Assembly: GCA_025839675.1 (NCBI GenBank)
Contig: CP104013.1
Location: 630,001-662,000 of the forward strand
DNA length: 32,000 nucleotides
Direction: 5' to 3'
Origin: Candidatus Lokiarchaeum ossiferum
Lineage (GTDB): Archaea; Asgardarchaeota; Lokiarchaeia; Sigyniarchaeales; Promethearchaeaceae
The translations under genes were made by a program, and so were the position numbers. This document shows positions 8,565-16,668 of this stretch, one piece after another. The notes under the pieces are model-generated. The model saw nothing but the letters and a program-made list of their open reading frames with translations, searched no databases and was not told where the DNA came from. Position 1 is the first letter of the stretch, and every line of letters starts with the position of its first letter.

Positions 8565-9476
8565 TTAAAGCTTCTTAAATAAATTTTTTATTTTTTTTTG
8601 GGGTAATTTTATTTTTTTCACCTTTTTTGAATTATTATCATTCCTTTGTATATTTGCATGAAATCTGTTCAGCGCGATCAGTCTAATCAAATCTAATTCC
8701 AATTTCGTAATGTTTTCCCCATATTTCTTAATTATTATTTTATCACATTCATCTTCATAAAAAATTCGATCATTCTGATTTTCATCCAGTTTGTATATTT
8801 TTCGATTATATCTTCTTTCTATTTCTATAATTCTATTTAAACTATCAATTAAATAAATAACTTTGTCAAAAAGTGTCGAGATCTTAACTTTCATTACGTA
8901 TATTTGGCCATCTCTATCCATGATTTGAAATCCTTCGAGGAAAAATTGTTTTTCGATATCAAAAGGTATTGAAGCCCAAGGTATTTGTTCAATACTTAAA
9001 TCATCTGTTAATATTAGAGAAATTTCATTCATATTTTCCTTCAAATTCTCACGGGAATAATAGGAGAAAAGGAAAGGATTCAAATGTTTTTCAGGGAGCA
9101 ATGAATTGAAAAAATAATTATATTCATTGATTTCGACGGAAAGATCTTGTTCACTAACTATAATGATAGGACAAGAAAGTAACAAAGCTCTAAAGAATAG
9201 AAGAACAATTTGATTGTTGAAATTATCAAGAATTGTTTTGAGAGAAAAAATGTGTTTTTGTGTTCTTGTTTTGTTTAAAACAACTGAATCAAGCTTTTCA
9301 TAGCCAATTGCTTTATGTTTGTTTGAAACAAATGCGAGAAATCGATGGTTACAGCATATTCCTGATTCGATATGAATTTTTATGGCATTCAAAGTCCCTT
9401 TTTTAAAAAGATGATTTGGAATTTTTACCATAGCACCCTTACCACAATCAGGACAGATTATTTCTATGAAATTCAT
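8565..9476 (-). CDS. zinc-ribbon protein of unknown function (N-terminal CxxC...CC-x-H, about 250-aa alpha/beta body, basic tail)
   Basis: The ATG at 9476 (MNFIEIICPDCGKG...CCNHRF) is preferred over the TTG at 9488. The body is soluble and the C-terminus is a K-rich tail. See the finding on the DENN-core-like segment. Confidence 0.6.
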   Translation of the reverse strand: MNFIEIICPDCGKGAMVKIPNHLFKKGTLNAIKIHIESGICCNHRFLAFVSNKHKAIGYEKLDSVVLNKTRTQKHIFSLKTILDNFNNQIVLLFFRALLLSCPIIIVSEQDLSVEINEYNYFFNSLLPEKHLNPFLFSYYSRENLKENMNEISLILTDDLSIEQIPWASIPFDIEKQFFLEGFQIMDRDGQIYVMKVKISTLFDKVIYLIDSLNRIIEIERRYNRKIYKLDENQNDRIFYEDECDKIIIKKYGENITKLELDLIRLIALNRFHANIQRNDNNSKKVKKIKLPQKKIKNLFKKL

Positions 9477-9572
9477 TGAATTTAGCAATTTTCTACTCTT
9501 TCTCCTTTAAATTAGTTCTTTAATGGGCATAAATCTCTAATAAAATATTATAGTCTAAAAAACCATATCTGT

Positions 9573-10211
9573 TTATTTTTCGGAAATAGACAAAAGAGAG
9601 AACTGCTTGGATATTATATAGTTTGCTTCCGAACGAAATTTACTAACTATTTTATGTTCACGTTCTAAAACTTTCATCCGAAAATCATCGTAAATTTCCT
9701 TCCCTCTCATGCTCTGAGCTTTTTTTGTCTCATGATAAGTTAAATCAATATAAATATTAAAATCACCGGTAAAATGTAGAGAATACAATCCTTCCAAAAT
9801 TAATACAGAAATACCGCTAAAATCTGTAATAAGTGTATCTACGCGATCATTAATTAAATCGACACATGGTAAATTCCCAACTTTATCTGATTTAAAATCT
9901 AAAATATTTTTTATAATTAAATCCCAATCATATTCCGTAAAATTAATTGCAGAAATTCCTTCCTTTTTCCTCCATTCTAATCGATTATTAGGAGGAATTC
10001 GATAGTAGTTATCGGTGTGGAGAATTTTTGTAAGAATTCCTTCTTTCTTTAAATATCTACCTACCATGTGAGCGACTTCACTCTTTCCAGAACCAGATTC
10101 TCCACCGATTGTGATAATTAATTTTTCCCTTCTTGTTTTAAGATATTTTTGAACTATCTCATGGGCAACATTTTTATGTTTTTCCTCGATTAGTAGAACA
10201 TCACCTAACAT
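9573..10211 (-). CDS. uridine kinase / phosphoribulokinase-family P-loop kinase
   Basis: P-loop GGESGSGKSEVA, then LHTDNYY, NFTEYDWDLI...LDFKSDK, LPCVDL...DRVDT, VLILEGLYSL and IYIDLTYHETKKAQSMRGK follow the Udk/PRK family order. Candidate starts at 10211 or 10232 both overlap the upstream GH65 stop codon (10201-10203). Confidence 0.75.
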   Translation of the reverse strand: MLGDVLLIEEKHKNVAHEIVQKYLKTRREKLIITIGGESGSGKSEVAHMVGRYLKKEGILTKILHTDNYYRIPPNNRLEWRKKEGISAINFTEYDWDLIIKNILDFKSDKVGNLPCVDLINDRVDTLITDFSGISVLILEGLYSLHFTGDFNIYIDLTYHETKKAQSMRGKEIYDDFRMKVLEREHKIVSKFRSEANYIISKQFSLLSISEK

Positions 10212-13200
10212 GTATTTCACTCCATTGTTCATTAATTAAAAAATATTCTTTACCCCTAACTCGGATTGCTTGTTCTATTACTGAGTCACTTGAAAATTTA
10301 ATTCTGACATTTAAATTTGAGAGTTCGAAGGAATAACGACAACCTTTCAAGTTGAATGAAAAATTCAAGCATCGCCAATGTGCAGGTAATCGAGGGTCAA
10401 TTTCTAAAAAATCCGAGAACAAATTCACACCTGCATAACCAAACAATATCATACAATAAGAACCACCCATAACTCCAGTATGAATTCCTTCTCCAGTTGT
10501 TCCATTCTGAATATCAGAATAATCACATGATAGTGTTTTTAAAAAAAAATCGAATGATTCTTTATATCGTCCCAGCAGATTTAAAACATGAGAATGTACT
10601 AGATAACTTAAGGTAGAACCATGTGATGTTCTTTTGTAATAATAGTCAAAATTTGTTTCCAAAAACACATTCGGAATTCTATAGCCATTATTAGATAAGA
10701 TAGATTCAACTTCACATTTGGGTAACATATAAAAGATCATAAGTAAATCCGCTTGTTTGATAGCTTGAAAACTATTGACATCCAAATTTTCAGATTTGAG
10801 AATTCGGTCAAGTCGATTAATGCATTCATATTTTTTCCGATATTCATCCAAATTTAGTTCTACTAGATTTAAAAATCCTTCAAACTGAGAAATTATCCCA
10901 TCGTCAGTAATTTCAATAAAAAGGTTTGTGCTAATTCTATCCCAAAGGTTCAATTCTTTTTCAGTTAATCCTATAGATTTGAATAATGATAATTTATCCA
11001 ATTTCGGCAATTCTGATAAAATTAAGAGAGTTTTCTTCAAAAGCCAAGAAACCAATATATTGGTATAAGAATTGTTATTGATTCCACGATCTGGCTTATC
11101 AGGATAATGTTCATGGAATTCATCTGGACCCATTACATCCTTTATAGAATATCGTCCAGTTTTTGAACTTAAATGTGAGATTGATGCCCAAAATCTACAT
11201 ATTTCTAATATAGTAATCAAACCTTTTTCAAAGAAAAATTGATAGTCCTTAGATACATGGAAATAATTCAAAATGTTATAAGCAATTGATAAATTCACAT
11301 GACGTTGTTTAATACTATGGTCTTCGCTCCAAATACCTGTCAATGGATTTAAGTGCATCTTTTGTGTTTCTTCTCTGCCATCTAAACCACTTTGCCATGG
11401 ATATAATGCCCCACTATACCCTTGTTCTTTTGCATTTTTTCTTGCTTGATCTAATCTATCAGTTCGGTAAATAAGGATGCTTTGTGCGATTTCTGGATAA
11501 TGAAGATTATAAAATGGAAAAAAAAATAATTCATCCCAAAAGAAATGTCCACGATAGGATTCACCATGTAATCCACGAGCAGGAATACTAAGATTTGACT
11601 CTACACTGAGAGGAGAACCACTTATTATAAGGTGATATAAATTAATTCGAATTAATTTCTGTACATATCGATCACCTACTATTTTGACATCAACTTTATT
11701 CCAAATTTTTTTCCATTCTTCATAGCTACTCTTAGCAATATCATCAAAAGCATCAATTTTTGATAGTTTGGAAGTAGAATCGTCAATTTTTTTTTGAATT
11801 TCATTTTTATTATAAAATTTACAAATATATACAATTTTTTCCAAGCTGATTGAATCATATTGGCTAATATTTTCGGATAAGGTTGCCTTAACACAAGTTT
11901 TTTCTTTAGTTAAACCAATTAATGGGAAACATTTATCTTCATTTTTTGATAGCATAATTTTTGCTGAAACTAAAATGTGAATATTTGATTGAATTGTTGA
12001 AGACACATTCGAGATAATATCACCCTTGGAATATAGAAATACTGTCTTCAAATGCTTTGAATTCAAACCGTTATATCGCTTTACACCCTTATTTTCAATA
12101 GAACTATCAATAGAAGTTTGAAATGTAATTTTGCCAGAATAATTCAAAGAAGTAATTCCATATTGAATTGCCCCATAATTAGGATTTTTCATGCTAATAA
12201 TACGTTTAGAAACAATTTTAGTTCTATTTTTATTCAAATCTTCAACAACGATAAATCGATTTAGCACACCTCTTTTTAAATTCAAGGAGCGTTTAAATTG
12301 TAGAATTTTCCAAGAAGTAGGATCGAACCATTCACCAGAATTTATCTTAAATTTAAGGGGAAGCCAATTTGGACAATTTACTAAGTCTAAATTTGATATT
12401 ATTTTATTTTTAACATTAGATTCAGTTCGGTTATATACTCCTGCAATATAGGTTCCAGGATAATTATTTATTGTTGCGTTTACCTCTTCAAAAGTGCCAC
12501 GAGTGCAGATTACACCATTTCCAATTGTACAAAGGGATTCTCTCATCATTTCTAGTTCAGGAGCATAGTGATTATATTCAATTTTCCATTGAGATTCATT
12601 TAATTCAAAACTAAACCAATTTTTAATTCTTTCAAATGAAATATCTCGTAGATCTTCTACTACAATATCTGCACCATTTATTTTCAATTCATTTTGATTA
12701 TTTTCACGGGCAACACCAATTATTAGACCAAAATTACCATCTCTTCCTGCTTGAACTCCTGATATTGCATCTTCAACTATTACGGTAAGATCATATGGAA
12801 CTCCAAGATTGTCTGCAGCCTTGTGGAAAATGTCTGGTTGAGGTTTTCCTCTCAACTCTAATTTTTGTAAGGAATTTCCATCAACAATAGTCTCAAATAG
12901 CTGGATAATTCCAACCGATTCTAAAACTAATCGACAATTTTTACTCGAGGAAGCAACACCCAACTTAATGGATTTTTTCTTTAAATCTTTAATTATTTCC
13001 AAGGATGATGTAAAAACTTCTACTCCTTGTGTTTTAATTAAATTTTCTAGTATCTGGTTTTTTTTATTACCTAATCCACAAATTGATATCACATCGGGTG
13101 AATCGTCTTGACTTCCATATTCGAGACTAATATTTCGAGATAGAAGAAAGGATTCTACTCCTTTATAACGAGGTTTCCCATCTACATATAGTAAATAATC

Positions 13201-13362
13201 ACTCTCATGGGTAAATTCTTTAAAATTTTCACCTAATAAGTTAGAACGTTGTTTTAGATAACTATTAAACATGTTCTTCCAAGCCAAACTATGAAGCTGG
13301 GCGGTGTTTGTTATTACACCATCCAAATCAAAAATTACTGCCTTGCAAATCATTATGTTCAT
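10201..13362 (-). CDS. fusion protein: N-terminal beta-phosphoglucomutase (HAD) + glycoside hydrolase family 65 disaccharide phosphorylase
   Basis: HAD motifs are present: IFDLDGVITNT (DxDG), GVASSS, GKPQPDIF, VEDAISGVQAG. The GH65 catalytic-region pattern GLHGESYRGHFFWDELFFFP and the later TGEGIHTGVMGGSY follow. 1053 aa. Confidence 0.9.
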   Translation of the reverse strand: MNIMICKAVIFDLDGVITNTAQLHSLAWKNMFNSYLKQRSNLLGENFKEFTHESDYLLYVDGKPRYKGVESFLLSRNISLEYGSQDDSPDVISICGLGNKKNQILENLIKTQGVEVFTSSLEIIKDLKKKSIKLGVASSSKNCRLVLESVGIIQLFETIVDGNSLQKLELRGKPQPDIFHKAADNLGVPYDLTVIVEDAISGVQAGRDGNFGLIIGVARENNQNELKINGADIVVEDLRDISFERIKNWFSFELNESQWKIEYNHYAPELEMMRESLCTIGNGVICTRGTFEEVNATINNYPGTYIAGVYNRTESNVKNKIISNLDLVNCPNWLPLKFKINSGEWFDPTSWKILQFKRSLNLKRGVLNRFIVVEDLNKNRTKIVSKRIISMKNPNYGAIQYGITSLNYSGKITFQTSIDSSIENKGVKRYNGLNSKHLKTVFLYSKGDIISNVSSTIQSNIHILVSAKIMLSKNEDKCFPLIGLTKEKTCVKATLSENISQYDSISLEKIVYICKFYNKNEIQKKIDDSTSKLSKIDAFDDIAKSSYEEWKKIWNKVDVKIVGDRYVQKLIRINLYHLIISGSPLSVESNLSIPARGLHGESYRGHFFWDELFFFPFYNLHYPEIAQSILIYRTDRLDQARKNAKEQGYSGALYPWQSGLDGREETQKMHLNPLTGIWSEDHSIKQRHVNLSIAYNILNYFHVSKDYQFFFEKGLITILEICRFWASISHLSSKTGRYSIKDVMGPDEFHEHYPDKPDRGINNNSYTNILVSWLLKKTLLILSELPKLDKLSLFKSIGLTEKELNLWDRISTNLFIEITDDGIISQFEGFLNLVELNLDEYRKKYECINRLDRILKSENLDVNSFQAIKQADLLMIFYMLPKCEVESILSNNGYRIPNVFLETNFDYYYKRTSHGSTLSYLVHSHVLNLLGRYKESFDFFLKTLSCDYSDIQNGTTGEGIHTGVMGGSYCMILFGYAGVNLFSDFLEIDPRLPAHWRCLNFSFNLKGCRYSFELSNLNVRIKFSSDSVIEQAIRVRGKEYFLINEQWSEIHVR

Positions 13363-13396
13363 AAACCTGCTATTTTGTTTTGCTTGTAAAAAAAAT

Positions 13397-14515
13397 TTAA
13401 AGTTGTTGAATCGGATTTTTATGTATTAGATTTAATTCCGATTTTGCATCAAATACATGAATTTTCTCATTTGGGAAACTCACATATGCATGATCTCCCA
13501 TTTTTGCACTATAAAACCCATTAGCGACAGCTAAAGATGCAAATTTGCCTTTAAACTCGAACTCTATTATTGTATTCGCACCTAAATATTCAACCACATC
13601 TATTTTGACCTTAAAAGCATCTTGTCGTTTGTCTGGAGTAATTTGAATATGTTCTGGTCTTATTCCTAGTATCAAATCTGTCGAATTGGCAGTTTTAATT
13701 TTTTCTACAATACTTGAATTAATTGAATATTGATTCTGCCCAAAAACGAGATTGGAACCTTGCAATTCACATCTCATGAAATTCATAGATGGAGCGCCAA
13801 TGAATCCTGCAACAAATATATTTCGAGGAGTATTATATACTTCAGATGGAGTTCCTACTTGTTGTATATACCCCCCATTCAAAATGGTTATCCTATCAGC
13901 CATGGACATGGCTTCAACTTGATCATGAGTTACATAAATCAAGGTAGTTTGAAGCTGCTTTTGAAGTTTGATAATTTCACCACGCATTTGAGTTCGAAGT
14001 TTTGCATCTAAATTACTTAATGGTTCATCAAAAAGAAAAACTGTTGGATCTCTTACAATACACCTTCCTAATGCAACTCTTTGCCTTTGACCACCACTTA
14101 ATTCTTTCGGTTTTCGATCTAATAAAGATTCAATCTCCAAAATTTTTGCAGCTTTCACGACATTTCGATTGATGATTTCTTTATCCACTTTTGCAAGCTT
14201 CAAAGCAAAACTCATATTTTCGCGAACATTCATATGAGGATAAAGCGCATAGCTCTGAAATACCATAGCAAGGTTTCGTTCCTTTGGAGGTAACTCAGAA
14301 ACATCTACATCACCAAAAAAAATATTTCCATCAGTTACATATTCAAGCCCAGCAATAATATTTAGACACGTAGATTTTCCACAACCAGATGGACCAACAA
14401 GAACCATAAATTCTTTATCTCTTATAGTCAAATCTATTCCTTTTAGTACATGAACATCTGGCTTAAATATCTTATTTACTTTTTTCAATTCTATATTTAC
14501 CATTTTTTTCACCAA
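13397..14515 (-). CDS. sugar ABC transporter ATP-binding protein (MalK/UgpC type with C-terminal regulatory/TOBE-like domain)
   Basis: Walker A GPSGCGKST, LSGGQRQRVALGRCIV, Walker B VFLFDEPLSNLD, H-loop YVTHDQ. The 372-aa length is typical of MalK-like ATPases. Confidence 0.9.
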   Translation of the reverse strand: MVKKMVNIELKKVNKIFKPDVHVLKGIDLTIRDKEFMVLVGPSGCGKSTCLNIIAGLEYVTDGNIFFGDVDVSELPPKERNLAMVFQSYALYPHMNVRENMSFALKLAKVDKEIINRNVVKAAKILEIESLLDRKPKELSGGQRQRVALGRCIVRDPTVFLFDEPLSNLDAKLRTQMRGEIIKLQKQLQTTLIYVTHDQVEAMSMADRITILNGGYIQQVGTPSEVYNTPRNIFVAGFIGAPSMNFMRCELQGSNLVFGQNQYSINSSIVEKIKTANSTDLILGIRPEHIQITPDKRQDAFKVKIDVVEYLGANTIIEFEFKGKFASLAVANGFYSAKMGDHAYVSFPNEKIHVFDAKSELNLIHKNPIQQL

Positions 14516-14522
14516 TTTTTAA

Positions 14523-16625
14523 TTATCCTTTTACCGCTCCACTAGTAATTCCTTTGATAATGTGTTTTTGAAAAATTAGAACAATAATGACCAGCGGTAC
14601 TGTAGCAATCGAAGTTGCAGCCATTAAGGCAATATCAGTATCCCAATTTGCAGACAAACTTGCAGGGTTTTGAACAAAACGCAAAATTGCCCGAGGAATT
14701 GTATGATTATCATCCGATATTAACCAGATTTGAGCAAACAATAGTTCATTCCAAGCAGCAATGAAAACTAAAATAAAACATGTAAATAAACCTGGAACTG
14801 TTAAGGGCATTATCACTTTTCGAAATACTTGAAAATTTGAAGCACCATCAACACGTGCTGCTTTCCATAAATCTTCTGGAATCTCCTCAAAGAAAGATCT
14901 CAAAACAAAAGTTGCGAGTGGAAGATTGAATGCAGCATATGGTAAAATTAACCCAAAAAGACTATCTGTTAGATCCAGAAATGGAAATATGTTTGAAATG
15001 ACTTTTGTTTGAATAAAATATGGAATAATGATTACTAAAGGTGGCAAACTAGTCATTGTAAAGATAATCAGCGATGTTATTTTTTTAAATTTGAAGTCAA
15101 ATTTCGCTAATGCATAGCCAGTTAAAGAACCTACAATTAAAACAACTAGGGCAGTTAAACCAGATAAAATAAATCCATTAATTAGCGCTCTATCAAAGGT
15201 TGCTCCAAAAAATTCTGAATTTTGAAATACTACCTTGAATGCATCTATGGATGGAAATTTGGGCAGAATTTCAAAACTATCTTGAGCAATGTATGGATTA
15301 CGAAAAGCTCTTAAAACAATCCAAATAAATGGGAAAGCACAGAATAGACACATTAAAAATACAGAGATAACTAATCCTATCTTTTTAATTACACGTTTTC
15401 TTCGAAACCATTGAATTTCTTTATTTGAAATTTTCCTCAAAAGAAATGTTGTCTTATCACCATCATGGATTGAGTTCTCATTATCGTCGTTATTATTTTC
15501 ATTATTATCCAGAATTTCATCAGTGAGAGAAGGTCCTTCTTTGGATTTTCTCATTAGAGAAATCGAAGATAATTTGGTTTTGGGAGATTTTGAGGTTCGA
15601 TCTACAGACAATATCTTAAAAATGAAAACCGCGAATATAATAATGATAAGAAATTCTAACATTGCAACTGTGGAGGCCTTTCCAAATTCTTGAGATCTAG
15701 ACCAAAAATTTACTGATTGATATGTCATTGAATATACAGTATCATCCCTAAATATTACAATCGCATCATATACACGAATTGCATCCATAACACGAAATAC
15801 TAATGCAGTAGCAACACCAGGTCTAATAATTGGCCAAGTAATCTTTGAAAATTTTTGCCAAGGAGTTGCTCCAGCGATATCTGCAGCACCATATAAATCT
15901 TCAGAAACAACCTGTAAGGCAGCTAGAATTAGTAAACTGAAGAATGGAGTAGTCTTCCATACATCAATTAGAATTGAAGATAACATTGTTGTTGAAATGG
16001 GTACCATCATGAATCCAGGAGAAAATGGAATCAAACATGGTAAATCAAATAGAATTGATACATCAGCACCAAAAAAAGCAATTCCATTTCCACCTAATCC
16101 TTGAATTAAAGAATTAAACAAACCATAATCACCTGATGGTGCAAGTATTTCATATCGAAAAATAGTTGCTGAAGCAACAGTTGGCAACGCCCATGGTATT
16201 AAAAGTGTTGCTCTAGCTAAGCCTCGACCTTTAAACTCTTTATTCAATAGTAAAGCAAAAATTAAACCAAGTAATAATTCTAAAGTCACAGCAACGATCG
16301 CAAAGAAAAGTGTTTGGTAGGTATATTGCCAAAAATGATTGGCATTTATCCCTCCATGAAATAATAATTCATAATAATTAATTAAAGTGATTTTATCACC
16401 GAAAAAACCATTTGAAGCAGAACTATTTGTAAAACTAATCAAAATACCTATTATTAGTGGGAAGAAAATTCCAAAAAGAAAAACTAATACCGCTGGAATT
16501 AATATCTTATATGCAAATCTTTTTTCTGATTTATTAAGTTCCTTCTTATTTTTCTTACCCAGCGATAAATTTTCATCTGGATTCGGTCTTGATACTGTGT
16601 TATATATTTTTTTAGATTCTTCCAT
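14523..16625 (-). CDS. fused double permease of a carbohydrate (CUT1-type) ABC importer (MalF-like + MalG-like halves in one polypeptide)
   Basis: Two EAA-loop motifs are present: AADIAGATPWQKFSKITWPIIRPG and AARVDGASNFQVFRKVIMPLTVPG. They are separated by a low-complexity acidic linker (LDNNENNNDDNENSIHDGDK). 700 aa. Confidence 0.85.
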   Translation of the reverse strand: MEESKKIYNTVSRPNPDENLSLGKKNKKELNKSEKRFAYKILIPAVLVFLFGIFFPLIIGILISFTNSSASNGFFGDKITLINYYELLFHGGINANHFWQYTYQTLFFAIVAVTLELLLGLIFALLLNKEFKGRGLARATLLIPWALPTVASATIFRYEILAPSGDYGLFNSLIQGLGGNGIAFFGADVSILFDLPCLIPFSPGFMMVPISTTMLSSILIDVWKTTPFFSLLILAALQVVSEDLYGAADIAGATPWQKFSKITWPIIRPGVATALVFRVMDAIRVYDAIVIFRDDTVYSMTYQSVNFWSRSQEFGKASTVAMLEFLIIIIFAVFIFKILSVDRTSKSPKTKLSSISLMRKSKEGPSLTDEILDNNENNNDDNENSIHDGDKTTFLLRKISNKEIQWFRRKRVIKKIGLVISVFLMCLFCAFPFIWIVLRAFRNPYIAQDSFEILPKFPSIDAFKVVFQNSEFFGATFDRALINGFILSGLTALVVLIVGSLTGYALAKFDFKFKKITSLIIFTMTSLPPLVIIIPYFIQTKVISNIFPFLDLTDSLFGLILPYAAFNLPLATFVLRSFFEEIPEDLWKAARVDGASNFQVFRKVIMPLTVPGLFTCFILVFIAAWNELLFAQIWLISDDNHTIPRAILRFVQNPASLSANWDTDIALMAATSIATVPLVIIVLIFQKHIIKGITSGAVKG

Positions 16626-16668
16626 TATTTCACCCTGTTCGATTCAATAAAAAAAAAGTGTAAAAATT

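Noticed and set aside
11679-14011. ORFs 11679..11894(-, alternate frame), 12191..12451(+), 13730..14011(+) inside GH65 and MalK-like genes
   Set aside because: These are alternate-frame or antisense ORFs within genes that carry unambiguous catalytic motifs in the annotated frame.
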